A DNA stretch of 63,595 nucleotides, counting the filler, from a bacterium (GTDB lineage: Bacteria > UBA9089 > CG2-30-40-21 > SBAY01): assembly GCA_040757115.1 (NCBI GenBank). It is 6 parts of 6 records of this genome, joined end to end, with 100 filler letters (N's around TTAATTAATTAA, not from the genome) between each part and the next. Parts side by side here need not be neighbours in the genome. Positions count along the whole stretch, not along the records: positions 50,441 to 56,993 come from JBFLYA010000211.1; positions 57,094 to 63,595 come from JBFLYA010000212.1; 4 more parts are not named here. One strand, written 5' to 3'. Positions 50,670 through 60,295 of this stretch are shown piece after piece (position 1 is the stretch's first letter; each line of letters opens with the position of its first letter). The notes under the pieces were generated by a model. The model was given only the letters and a program-made list of their open reading frames with translations, had not been told where the DNA came from and did no database searches. The position numbers were made by a program, and so were the translations under genes.

Positions 50670-51461
50670 ATGATTAAGCATATTTTGTTCGTTATCGTTA
50701 TTTTAAGCCAATTTTTAGGTTGTGCCACGGTTCAAACAGGATTAGAACGGCAGGAAAGCATATTTATCTCCACACAACAAGAAATCGCAATTGGAGAGCA
50801 GGTCGTCCAACAGATAGAAAAAGAAAATAAACTTTTAGATAATCCGTCTTTAACCCAATATGTCCAGGCTGTTGGTCAAAAGTTAGCCGGGGTATGTTTT
50901 CGTAATGATATAGCCTATCATTTTAAGATAATAGATTCTGATGTAATTAATGCCTTTGCCCTGCCAGGTGGATATATTTATATTTATCGCGGGGCATTAG
51001 AATCTATGGATAATGAGGCGCAATTAGCCGCTGTGCTTGCCCATGAAATAGGTCATATCGCCGCCAGACATTCGGTCAAACAAATACAAAAATATCAGAC
51101 TTATGACATTTTAGCCAGTATCCTTTTAAAAGACCAAAAAAAAGCCATTCAAGACCTTTCAAACATTGCCGCTAATCTTGTCTTTTTAGGATATAGCCGT
51201 GAGGCAGAATTTGAGGCCGATGACCTGGGGATTCATTTCCTCTATCAAGCCGACTATGACCCAAAAGGAATGGTAGAATTCTTTAATAAACTAAAACAAA
51301 AAGAAAAAGAGAAATCCAGTAAAATAGAGATTATGTTAAGAACTCATCCGCTGACTTCAGATAGGATAAGGCGAGTTGAAGAAAAAATCGCCTCATTACC
51401 ACAAAAGCCCAATTTAATACGAAATGAGGCGAGATTCAGAAAGGAAATTGGTAATTTGTAA
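50670..51461 (+). CDS. M48 family metallopeptidase lipoprotein
   Basis: FLGC lipobox; NAFALPGG, LAHEIGH, EFEAD, THP. Confidence 0.93.
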   Translation: MIKHILFVIVILSQFLGCATVQTGLERQESIFISTQQEIAIGEQVVQQIEKENKLLDNPSLTQYVQAVGQKLAGVCFRNDIAYHFKIIDSDVINAFALPGGYIYIYRGALESMDNEAQLAAVLAHEIGHIAARHSVKQIQKYQTYDILASILLKDQKKAIQDLSNIAANLVFLGYSREAEFEADDLGIHFLYQADYDPKGMVEFFNKLKQKEKEKSSKIEIMLRTHPLTSDRIRRVEEKIASLPQKPNLIRNEARFRKEIGNL

Positions 51462-51478
51462 CCGGTATTGGGTACCAA

Positions 51479-52062
51479 TAGGGTTCTGCAAAATAGGATT
51501 TGGGAGAGATAACTGAGAGTTAGACCTGAAATTAGAGATAAAAATTCAAATATCAAATATCAAAATGCAAAATTACAAATCAAATTTCAAAAAGGACTTC
51601 AAGAAAAGACTGTATAACTTTACTCTGCGACTTATAGAACTCATCGATAAGTTGCCAAAGGATAGTGTTTCTCAAAGAATTGGTGATCAATTATTACGGA
51701 GTGGTACAAGCATCATTGGGAATTATATTGAAGGGCAGGCGGCGAGTAGTAAGAAAGATTTTACTAATTTCTTTAATACATCTTTAAAGTCAACTAACGA
51801 AAGTAAGTTATGGCTTGCATTACTTCGTGATAGTAAACGTGCTAAACCAGAGGAAGTAGCAGGGTTTCTCAAAGAGTTGGAGGAATTTGGTAATATCTTT
51901 GCTTCAAGTATTTTAACGCTGAAAGGAAAGAGATAATTTTACATTTTGATATGTAATTTTTATATTTGCTTTTTGCATTTTGCTCTTTGGAGGAAATTGA
52001 TAAAAATAGAGGTTTTAAATACCCGCTTAAAAACTATAGTTTCCTGATTTTGCACAACCCTA
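51479..52062 (+). mobile_element. Non-autonomous TIR element carrying an intact four-helix-bundle gene
   Basis: TAGGGTTCTGCAAAA...TTTTGCACAACCCTA; flanks GGGTACCAA/TGGTACCAA. Confidence 0.85.
51565..51936 (+). CDS. Four helix bundle protein (23S rRNA IVP-like, TIGR02436 type)
   Basis: QLLRSGTSIIGNYIEGQAASSKKDF, ESKLWL. Confidence 0.92.
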   Translation: MQNYKSNFKKDFKKRLYNFTLRLIELIDKLPKDSVSQRIGDQLLRSGTSIIGNYIEGQAASSKKDFTNFFNTSLKSTNESKLWLALLRDSKRAKPEEVAGFLKELEEFGNIFASSILTLKGKR

Positions 52063-52089
52063 TGGTACCAAAATAAAGGAGGTAATCTT

Positions 52090-52491
52090 ATGGTCGGTTT
52101 TTTAGAAATAACTTTAGTCGTTCTTATGTTTGCAACGATATTAGTCTGGGCAATTTTAATTACATTTCTCTGGTGGGAATTATTACAGTTGAAAAAGATA
52201 AGACAAGAAATGGAAGAATTACCAACTAAATTATCTGAGGCATTGAGATTTATGGAGGATGCAGATGGGATTTCCAATAATATGAAGGAAGAAGTTATGC
52301 CAATGATAATGGGAGCAAGTACTGATTTAAAAATCGTTGCGGATGATATGCGAACATCGATGGACACTATCGTAAAATCCTTAAAAGACCCACCTCCCTG
52401 GCTCAATCAATTAGTCGCCGCAATTGATATGAAACTTGAAAATAAACTGGGTAAAGTGGAAAAAGGTATTAGTGAGTTATTAAAAAGGTAG
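52090..52491 (+). CDS. Single-TM coiled-coil hypothetical protein
   Basis: SD AAGGAGGT; N-terminal TM. Confidence 0.7.
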   Translation: MVGFLEITLVVLMFATILVWAILITFLWWELLQLKKIRQEMEELPTKLSEALRFMEDADGISNNMKEEVMPMIMGASTDLKIVADDMRTSMDTIVKSLKDPPPWLNQLVAAIDMKLENKLGKVEKGISELLKR

Positions 52492-52572
52492 AAATAAGGG
52501 AATAGGTCTTAACTTCTTCCTTGAAATTTCCCTTGACTAAATTCAAATTATTTGCTATCATAATTAATAACA

Positions 52573-55500
52573 ATGAAAAAAACAATAGATTTTGTCGTCA
52601 ATAATTTAAAAATTCTCACTCATTATCTAAAAAGAACCGAAGGAAAAGATTCAATTCCTCTTGAACAAAATGACTTTGACAAACTACTTAATTGGGTTGT
52701 TGGGATAGTCGTCATTGGGTTTGTTATTTTAAGTTTCTTCTTCCTTCATAATGTTACTGTTTTATGGATGTCTGTTTTATTTCTGGTAATTCTTCTGGCG
52801 ATGCATAATTTTATTCTCCTCAAGGCGCGAAGTGATGAAAAAATAAGTAACTATCGTGCCGAACAACTCGCTACCCTTCAACAAATATCCTTAGGACTAA
52901 CCTCTACCCTTCATATGAATGAGATTCTGGAGTTAATTCCATCGGCGGGTGTCAAATTAGCCCAGGTAGATGGTTGTTTAGTTAGTCTGGCAGGGAAGAT
53001 GAAAGAAGACATAATCCCTAAGGCTAAAGAAGGCATTCAAACAGACCTGGCACAAATGGAAACCAAAGGAAAGATAAGTAATTGGCTGGTTCAGCACAAA
53101 ACATCCCTCGCTATCCAGGATTTATCTACAGACCCCAGAATGCCTGACTGGGTAAAAAGTGAAGGATTCTCCTCATATCTTGGACTACCACTGAAAGTCA
53201 GGGATGAAATAATTGGTGTTTTAGAATTTTATTCTAAAACCCATCGTAGTTTCACCACTGAAGAAATAGACTTACTTAATATATTTTCTGCCCAGGCCGC
53301 GACCGATTTAGAAAATGCCAGACTTTATGGAATCACTAAAGATGCTTTACAACGCGAAATTACCAGCTCTATGGCTTTACTCAAAATAGAACAAGCCATT
53401 ACCACAAAATTCGACCTTAAAGAACAATTAAATTTAATTATGGCTGGTGCGATTGACATAACTCTGGCAGAGAAATCTTCTCTCTGGTTAATTGATGAGA
53501 TTTCAGGAGAGGTTATTTGCAAAGGCACATATCCTCTTGAGGAAAAATTAGCGAAATCAAGTGTCCGATTCGGTGAAGGAATTACAGGTTGGGTGGCTAA
53601 AGAAGGTAAATTACAAAATATACAGGATTTAAGTAAAGATTCACGGTTTGTTAATCCATTAAAACAAGACCTTTATTCTCAACTCTCTGTTCCTCTAATG
53701 TATAAAGAAAAAACTATAGGTGTGCTCAATGTCTTCAATTCAAAGCGTGAAGAAGGATTTAATGAGGCAGATGAAAAAATACTTATGGTTTTAGCCTCAC
53801 AAACCGCTGTCTCCTTGCAAACCATTAAATTATATACCGAACTAAAAACCGCGGCTAATGCCCTGTCGGTATTATATGAAATAAGTAAAACTATTAGTGA
53901 GGGTAGAGAACTCCAGGAAGTATTAACCTTAATTCTGAAGAAAGGGAGTGAAATATTCCAGGCTCAACATGGCTCGATTATGTTATTAGATGAATCTTCA
54001 GGTGAACTGAGGATTAAAACCGCTGAAGGACTTTCTGAAGAAATTATTAAACATACAGTTAAAAAACCAGGAGATGGAAGTATCGCCGGTTGGGTGGCAG
54101 AGAAAAAAGAACCTCTATTACTTATTGGTAAAGTGGATGATGTTCGATTCAAATCAAGCAAAGTAGAAACTGAGATTAAAGATGCTATGTGTGCCCCATT
54201 GATTCTTAAGGATAAATTAATTGGTGTTTTTAATATTAGCAATCGAGTTGGAGCGGGTGTATTTACAGAATCTGACCTGAATTTACTCTGCACTTTAGCC
54301 AATGAGGTCAGTATTGCCATTGAAACAGCAAGATTATATGAAATAATTACTCAACGGGTAACAGAATTATCAAGTTTTTATATTATCTCAACCGCTTTAT
54401 CTTCTACACTCAGTCTTTCAGAAATCTTTAAAATCGTCATGGAAAGAATAACGACAATATTCACAGAGTTTGCCATAAGTATCTCTCTTTATGAAAAGGA
54501 TAAATTAAAGAGAATAGCCGAACGCGGCTTTGGAGAAGATAAAACTTTAGACACAGAGTTAGAATTAGAAAAGGATGAATTAAAAGAAAAACTAAAACCT
54601 TTATTTGTTAGTAAAAGATACCTTTGTTTTAAAACAACAGAAGATATATCCAATTTGAAAATACTGGTTGGGACAGGCAAAATAGAGTATGCTTTATTAT
54701 TCCCATTAGTGGCAAAAGATAAGGTCATTGGTATTTTAACCTTTATCTCGCAAACTAAAGAAGAACTAACGAAAGAAGAGATAAGATTGCTTACTGCCCT
54801 TTCACAAGCTACTGCTTCCTCCATAGAAAATGCTAAACTATACACTCAGACAACTCGACGATTGCAAGAATTATCAGGGCTACAACAAATAACCAATAAA
54901 ATGGCATTAACGACAAATACAACCGAGCTTTTAGCCCTGGCGGTAAATATCATTAATGAAGTCATCGGTTCAGAATTGGGACTTGTATTTCTGTGGGATG
55001 AAGACCGTAAGGAGTATATCGTTAAGGTTGGTCAGGGTAAAAAGAGGGTAAGCGAAGGACTATTTAAAGCACTTAAATTTAAACTGGGTGAGGGTATAGT
55101 TGGCTGGGTAGGTGAAAAAGGAGAAGGTGTAATACTTGATGATGCCCGCAAAGACCCAAGATTTAAACAAATAGGAGATTTATATATCCGAAGTGTCCTT
55201 GCTGTTCCAATCATTAAAGATAATAAACCAATAGGGGTTATGGAATTTATAAATAAACTACCCGCAGGTGGAGGATTTTGTAGTGAAGATGAACGAATGG
55301 TTTCTATCATCGCTAATCAAACAGCCATTATTTTAAGTAATGCTGATGCATTTGATGAAATAAAGCGTCGGGCATTACAACTATCTACGGTTCAAGCAGT
55401 GAATAAAATGATTACATCAGTATTTGGTGTGGAGGAACTGCTAACACAAATCGTCGAGTTGACGGCTAAGGTATTACGAGTTAAAAAGGCAAGTTTATCT

Positions 55501-56535
55501 TTATTAGAGCCAGATGGTCATGTTAAGTTAGAAGCGGCTTATGGATTAACCTATATGGAACAAGAGCGAGAAGAAAAATTAACACCAGGATTTGGAATTG
55601 CCAGTAGGGTCATCCAAACCAATCATCCGTTCTTGATTAATAATTTACCAGAAGATACAACCTTAAGCGAGGAGGAGAAAAATATTTATATTGAAAAATC
55701 ATACCTGAGTGTGCCTCTTAATATTAGAAAAAAGACCGTTGGAGCATTGACTATTTCATCAAAACTTAATGAGTCTTTCTTTAATGAACAGGATATTGAA
55801 GTTTTAACTACTATTTCTGAACAATCATCAATTGTAATTGAATATGCAAAATTATACCAAAATCTGCAAAGACACAGTATGGATACTTTGCGGACCCTTT
55901 CATTGGTAATTGAAACAAGAGACCCGTTCACAAAGGGACATTCAGAGGCTGTAGCAAAATATGCAGTCGCCATTGGTAAAGAATTGAATCTTTCTAATGA
56001 TGCCCTTAAAACATTAGAAGTATCTGCCCTTTTACATGATATTGGGAAGATAGGCATAAAGGAGAGTATTTTACTCAAGACAGAAAAGGAATTGAGTATT
56101 GATGAACATCGGGAGATAAGGAATCATCCGTTCCTTGGTAGTCAAATTTTAAGACCACTGGAATTTTTGAAGGATGTTATTCCAATTGTTTATCATCATC
56201 ATGAACGATATGATGGCACAGGTTATCTGGATGGATTAGCCGATGAAAAAATACCATTGTTAGCCAGAATCATTGCTGTGGCAGATACCTTTGATGCAAT
56301 GACCTCAACACGGGCATTTCGGGAAAGTGTGTCTGATGAGGAAGCAATAGAGGAATTAAAAGACCAATCCGGGAAACAATTTGACCCAAAGGTAGTCGAG
56401 GCTTTCCTGAAAATACATCCCATCCTCCGCAAAGACGCCCTTGAAAAAGCAAGACGGGAAAAAGAGAAAAAGAAAAAAGAAGTCAAATCAACCACACCAG
56501 TAGGTGAACATAAGATTTGGGAAAGATATGAGTAG
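52573..56535 (+). CDS. Membrane protein with six GAF domains and an HD-GYP-type phosphohydrolase
   Basis: Six GAF repeats ending in xENARLY-like helices; HDIGKIG, HHERYDGTGYL, ADTFDAMTS.R. Confidence 0.92.
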   Translation: MKKTIDFVVNNLKILTHYLKRTEGKDSIPLEQNDFDKLLNWVVGIVVIGFVILSFFFLHNVTVLWMSVLFLVILLAMHNFILLKARSDEKISNYRAEQLATLQQISLGLTSTLHMNEILELIPSAGVKLAQVDGCLVSLAGKMKEDIIPKAKEGIQTDLAQMETKGKISNWLVQHKTSLAIQDLSTDPRMPDWVKSEGFSSYLGLPLKVRDEIIGVLEFYSKTHRSFTTEEIDLLNIFSAQAATDLENARLYGITKDALQREITSSMALLKIEQAITTKFDLKEQLNLIMAGAIDITLAEKSSLWLIDEISGEVICKGTYPLEEKLAKSSVRFGEGITGWVAKEGKLQNIQDLSKDSRFVNPLKQDLYSQLSVPLMYKEKTIGVLNVFNSKREEGFNEADEKILMVLASQTAVSLQTIKLYTELKTAANALSVLYEISKTISEGRELQEVLTLILKKGSEIFQAQHGSIMLLDESSGELRIKTAEGLSEEIIKHTVKKPGDGSIAGWVAEKKEPLLLIGKVDDVRFKSSKVETEIKDAMCAPLILKDKLIGVFNISNRVGAGVFTESDLNLLCTLANEVSIAIETARLYEIITQRVTELSSFYIISTALSSTLSLSEIFKIVMERITTIFTEFAISISLYEKDKLKRIAERGFGEDKTLDTELELEKDELKEKLKPLFVSKRYLCFKTTEDISNLKILVGTGKIEYALLFPLVAKDKVIGILTFISQTKEELTKEEIRLLTALSQATASSIENAKLYTQTTRRLQELSGLQQITNKMALTTNTTELLALAVNIINEVIGSELGLVFLWDEDRKEYIVKVGQGKKRVSEGLFKALKFKLGEGIVGWVGEKGEGVILDDARKDPRFKQIGDLYIRSVLAVPIIKDNKPIGVMEFINKLPAGGGFCSEDERMVSIIANQTAIILSNADAFDEIKRRALQLSTVQAVNKMITSVFGVEELLTQIVELTAKVLRVKKASLSLLEPDGHVKLEAAYGLTYMEQEREEKLTPGFGIASRVIQTNHPFLINNLPEDTTLSEEEKNIYIEKSYLSVPLNIRKKTVGALTISSKLNESFFNEQDIEVLTTISEQSSIVIEYAKLYQNLQRHSMDTLRTLSLVIETRDPFTKGHSEAVAKYAVAIGKELNLSNDALKTLEVSALLHDIGKIGIKESILLKTEKELSIDEHREIRNHPFLGSQILRPLEFLKDVIPIVYHHHERYDGTGYLDGLADEKIPLLARIIAVADTFDAMTSTRAFRESVSDEEAIEELKDQSGKQFDPKVVEAFLKIHPILRKDALEKARREKEKKKKEVKSTTPVGEHKIWERYE

Positions 56536-56547
56536 ACATCTCTTCCC

Positions 56548-56817
56548 GTAACCGTTCAGGTGGTAATTCACCGCAGAGACGCAGAGGAACAGAGAAGACA
56601 TGGAAATAAATCAGATAACAGAAAAGATTATTGATGCAATCATTATCCTACATAGGACATCAAAACCAAATTTGTTAATCAATCATGATATGTCGGTCCT
56701 CAAAAGCTTGCACTGATGAAAATCCGTGATGGAATTCTGCGTCTGGTAAATAGTTTTTAATTTTTTCTCTGCGTCTCTGTGTCTCTGCGGTGAACGGTTA
56801 CCGTGGTGAATAGTTAC
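56548..56817 (+). mobile_element. IS66-like MITE with internally deleted GxxExxY gene
   Basis: Encodes MEINQITEKIIDA... and ...RDGILRLVNSF* between CCGCAGAGAC inverted repeats. Confidence 0.8.
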
Positions 56818-56875
56818 AAATTCGACGCTTTCAGCGTCAATAACCTAAAACCTAATCGCACAGGTCGAAAAATTT

Positions 56876-56993
56876 CGACCTGTGCGGTTAGATTTTATGC
56901 TGCCAATTTGAGTTCTATCTTACCCTCTTCAAACCATCTTTTAGTTTCATTGTTTCTTACCATAGCAGTTATTGAGGCAAGAGTTACTGAACC
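56876..56993 (-). mobile_element. 3' end of a transposase (ISLre2/ISKra4-like) with CGACCTGTGCGGTTAG terminal repeat
   Basis: 56895-56993 translates GSVTLASITAMVRNNETKRWFEEGKIELKLAA*, followed by the same end as the MITEs at 5995 and 31149. Confidence 0.65.
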
Positions 56994-57296
56994 NNNNNNN
57001 NNNNNNNNNNNNNNNNNNNNNNNNNNNNNNNNNNNNNTTAATTAATTAANNNNNNNNNNNNNNNNNNNNNNNNNNNNNNNNNNNNNNNNNNNNCTACCAA
57101 TATATCGTTCCTACGGAACTGATTGATTTGTCTATCTATTTCTACCGATATTATGTTCCTAACGGAACGATTATTCTCCTGCCTTATTTATGGGTATTAT
57201 CCTATGTAGACTTCCAGTTAATAACCGCTATATTTTTCGTAGGGCGACCCTTTAGGGTTGCTTCTTGCTTGCCTTACAATCTTGATGCTTTTACTA

Positions 57297-57566
57297 TTAT
57301 GGGAAATATCTGTAAATTTCCTTGCGGTGTAAAAAGCGTACCATATCAACGGTATCCCTTTTCATTTTCACACCCAGACGATAATCCCCAACCTTAATTC
57401 TAAAATATTCTGTGTAACCCTGTATCTTTTTAACATCCTTCAGCGTAGTCAGTTCTTTAGTTTCTTTGATCTGTTGAATAAGTTTCCAGAGGCGTTTTTT
57501 TACGGTAGTCTGATTCTTAATCTTATCAATATCTTGACTAAATTTCTTTGTGTATTTTATCTTCAT
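57297..57566 (-). CDS. RelE/ParE family toxin
   Basis: KKIQG...FRIKVGDYRLG...HRKEIYRYFP. Confidence 0.9.
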   Translation of the reverse strand: MKIKYTKKFSQDIDKIKNQTTVKKRLWKLIQQIKETKELTTLKDVKKIQGYTEYFRIKVGDYRLGVKMKRDTVDMVRFLHRKEIYRYFP

Positions 57567-57569
57567 AGA

Positions 57570-57773
57570 TTATCCTTCCAACTTTGCCAGAATCTCTTTT
57601 TCAGAGACATATTCACCTATATCTCCTTCTTCTATTGCCAGACCAAATTTCATATCCAAAATAGCTTCAGATACTGCATCTTCTAACAAATCTTTTCTTT
57701 CACTTAACACGCTAATAAAGACCTCTCTAATTACTTTTTTAAGTTCCATTACTGATGTTTGTTGTGTCCTCAT
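57570..57773 (-). CDS. Putative antitoxin
   Basis: Upstream of RelE; AIEEG..GEYVSEKEIL. Confidence 0.75.
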   Translation of the reverse strand: MRTQQTSVMELKKVIREVFISVLSERKDLLEDAVSEAILDMKFGLAIEEGDIGEYVSEKEILAKLEG

Positions 57774-57777
57774 TCTG

Positions 57778-58310
57778 TCACTCCTTTCTCTTATCAATGC
57801 GACCTTTTAGGGTTACTTCTTGACTAAGAAACTCATTTTGTTTTATGTCGTGTATTCCATACCAGTCAGCCACAAGCTCAAACACGCCTTTATTTATTTT
57901 GAATCCAATATCATAGCCGGGATTTTTTGTTGGAATCATCAAGTCAACCTCTGTGGTCATCCCACCGTATCCCCGTTTCTTGACTCTGTCTTCTACGGGT
58001 TGATATCCAAGGTCTTGCAGGGCTTTTAGTAAATGTTCTTTTTGTAACTATTCACCATTCACCATTCACAATTTCTTCCCTAAATTTCCTTAATAATGGT
58101 GAATGGTGAATTGTCAATTGTGAATTGTGAATTATCACTCTTCACGGTGTCAAGCAAACCTGGCCCAAGAGTTCGATGCACCGCTATAGCGCATCCAATG
58201 ACTCTATTCGATAATTCATCAAATTTCACTTCGTGCTCTCCGTACCCTTCGTGGTGAATAGTTACTTCGTTTTTTACAAGTTTTGTTTTGATGCGAGTAA
58301 AATGCGACAT
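57778..58310 (-). pseudogene. DUF1257 (Ycf35-like) gene interrupted by a MITE
   Basis: MSHFTRIKTKL...[insertion]...EHLLKALQDLGY...YDIGF...ELVADW. Confidence 0.8.
58044..58265 (-). mobile_element. IS66-like MITE with GxxExxY 5' fragment
   Basis: TSD TTCTTTTT/TTCGTTTT; encodes FDELSNRVIGCAIAVHRTLGPGLL. Confidence 0.85.
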
Positions 58311-58336
58311 AGTTTTCTTTACCTCCTCGTATAATA

Positions 58337-58485
58337 TAGTAGTTATTAACGAAAATTTCTCATAGAACAGATATAGCAACAGGGTTGATGGTTGATAGTT
58401 TATAGTTGATAGTTTCATAGACTATCAACCATCAACTATCAACTATCAACAATACTAATGTGAACTTTTGGTTAATACTTACTTA
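58337..58485. mobile_element. IS630-like MITE with GTTGATA/TATCAAC inverted heptamers
   Basis: TAGTAGTTATTAAC left end similar to the 39162 family; truncates the ORF following the MNT gene. Confidence 0.6.
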
Positions 58486-58523
58486 TAGAAGCCTTCAATA
58501 AGGTTATTGCTTTTTTTAGATGT

Positions 58524-58814
58524 TCAAATTCCTGTAATATCAAGCCTTTTTGCATTTTTTAATACCTCCTGGCAAAAAGCACTTTTATCGTCATAAACAA
58601 TAATATCAATCTTTTCCTCACATCTTAGAAAAAATCTTGCTTGAATCTTAAGAGATAACTTTAAAGGATTTATCTTTTCTTGAGAAATGAGGAGGATATC
58701 TATATCTCCTCCTTTTTTTGTCTCATCAAGCCTTGAACCAAATAGATAAACTGCTCCTTTGAAATCAGTTAAAGCAAACTTTAATGCCTCCTTTTCCTCT
58801 TTATCCAGACGCAT
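58524..58814 (-). CDS. Minimal nucleotidyltransferase
   Basis: VYLFGSRLDETKKGGDIDIL; start at MRL. Confidence 0.88.
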   Translation of the reverse strand: MRLDKEEKEALKFALTDFKGAVYLFGSRLDETKKGGDIDILLISQEKINPLKLSLKIQARFFLRCEEKIDIIVYDDKSAFCQEVLKNAKRLDITGI

Positions 58815-58969
58815 AATCTTTTCCAACTGATAAGAATTTGTTTTTTGGATATTTTTTGCTTCGCAAGATTTTCGTTTTGCTCGAATTCGAATATTAGATT
58901 CACTTTTGCTCATTATGGAGATATTTTACCAAAGATTTTAACTCATGTCAATAGAAATTTGCCTACTGC

Positions 58970-59253
58970 CTGTGATTCAGACACTGGACATCAGACACAA
59001 GACTATAGATTCTATTTATGCAGGAAATTAGTGACATTTGGGAAACCATCCTCAAAACTTCACTCCCTGAATTTTTCCTGAGCCTTACCTATGTCAGTGA
59101 CAGTATCAGTGTCAGTGTCAGTTAAGGAAATGTTTTCAACACTTCCAACTCCTTCAACACTTTCAACACTTCCAACTCTTCCAACATTCTTCTGCAATTT
59201 CTGCCCGCTTTAGTCTGAGGTCTGATGTCTATAGTCTACTGTCTAAATCACAG
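58970..59253. repeat. Nested repeat element homologous to 10220-10449
   Basis: IR CTGTGATTCAGACA/TGTCTAAATCACAG; internal GTCAGT and CCAAC-type tandem units. Confidence 0.75.
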
Positions 59254-59272
59254 TTCCAGGTAAAAAAAATAC

Positions 59273-59301
59273 TTGCAATTAATCTTAATTTAAGGTATAA
59301 T
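59273..59301 (+). promoter_or_regulatory. Sigma70 promoter abutting a minimal IS66-like MITE (59312-59384)
   Basis: TTGCAA-17-TATAAT; inverted copy at 10470-10498. Confidence 0.7.
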
Positions 59302-59401
59302 ATAAAAATATGTAAGCGTTCAGCATTCAGTTTTTGAAAGATGGCTAAATGCTGACAACTGATGGCTGACCGCTGAACGCTTACCTTTCAGGGGGTTAAT
59401 A

Positions 59402-60118
59402 ATGATGTTAAAAAATATCATAAGATTAGTTATTGCTATTTATTTAGGTGGGGATTTTTATACTTATGCGGCGGATAAGTTAGAATTAGATGAGTTAACT
59501 ATAACTTTACCAACGACAACTGTTTCAAGCACATCCTCTCTTCCTTCTACTTCATCTACTCTGTCTTTTGAGGACATTTTTAATCAAACTTCAGAAGGTA
59601 TCTTGACGCCAGCTCTTAAAGAGATAGTCCCGCCTACTTCTATTAAAGATTTAACGGTTGTCCATAAAAGACAGGATTCTATTTCCTTAACCTGGACTAC
59701 TCCAGGAGGAAGTGTGACGACCTATGATATTCGCTATTCCCTTGTTCCAATTACAGATGAGAATTGGGATGATACTATCCAGGTAGAAAAAGAGCCAAAA
59801 CCAGGGAGTTCAGGAACCCTTGAGCGATGGACGATAGGAAATTTATCTCCTCAAACTACCTACTACTTTGCGATTAAAACCTCAGATGAAACATCAAATT
59901 GGTCTCCATTATCCAAAATAGCAAACTGCACAACCTTTAAATTAGAAGATACGGATATTCCTCAGACAATAAAATTTATAGTTGGCTGTGAATATGCGAT
60001 GGGAGATATTAGGGTCAGACCGGGGGAGATATTAGGGTCAGACCGTGAATGTGGAATGCACAATAATTCGGTGAGGCAGAGGAAAAGGAAAAGACAGCGA
60101 ATCAGAGCTTTTGTCTAA
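59402..60118 (+). CDS. Secreted fibronectin type III domain protein, C-terminus probably disrupted
   Basis: SISLTWTTPG..YDIRYS...TTYYFAIKTSDE..NWSPLS; the last ~38 codons come from the repeat block. Confidence 0.75.
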   Translation: MMLKNIIRLVIAIYLGGDFYTYAADKLELDELTITLPTTTVSSTSSLPSTSSTLSFEDIFNQTSEGILTPALKEIVPPTSIKDLTVVHKRQDSISLTWTTPGGSVTTYDIRYSLVPITDENWDDTIQVEKEPKPGSSGTLERWTIGNLSPQTTYYFAIKTSDETSNWSPLSKIANCTTFKLEDTDIPQTIKFIVGCEYAMGDIRVRPGEILGSDRECGMHNNSVRQRKRKRQRIRAFV

Positions 60119-60244
60119 CCCTGCGTTGCAGTTGACGGCGGGGGACTGTGCCGTGGTCAGAGTTTTGTGGTCTCTCAAAGTTTTATCTTGCTATCAAACT
60201 TTTGTGGTAATCCTCCCCGCCGCACCTGAACTTTATCGTTAGGC
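60113..60244 (+). other. Long integron attC site
   Basis: GTCTAAC...GTTAGGC with GACGGCGGGGGA/TCCCCGCCGC stem. Confidence 0.85.
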
Positions 60245-60295
60245 AATCCATTTGTTTCCTATATATAAAGAAAATAAACTTTTGAGGGATTTTTA

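Noticed and set aside
51565-51936. Diversity-generating retroelement (Avd-like gene)
   Set aside because: No reverse transcriptase and no TR/VR pair with adenine-specific mismatches was seen.
53325-56495. Multiple minus-strand ORFs within the GAF-HD-GYP gene, and similar ones within valS, carB and Rhs
   Set aside because: Antisense shadows of well-supported genes, with no recognisable motifs.
6620-57093. Five N-runs containing TTAATTAATTAA
   Set aside because: Identical 100-nt artificial contig linkers with stops in all frames; not biological, and ORFs running into them are truncated.
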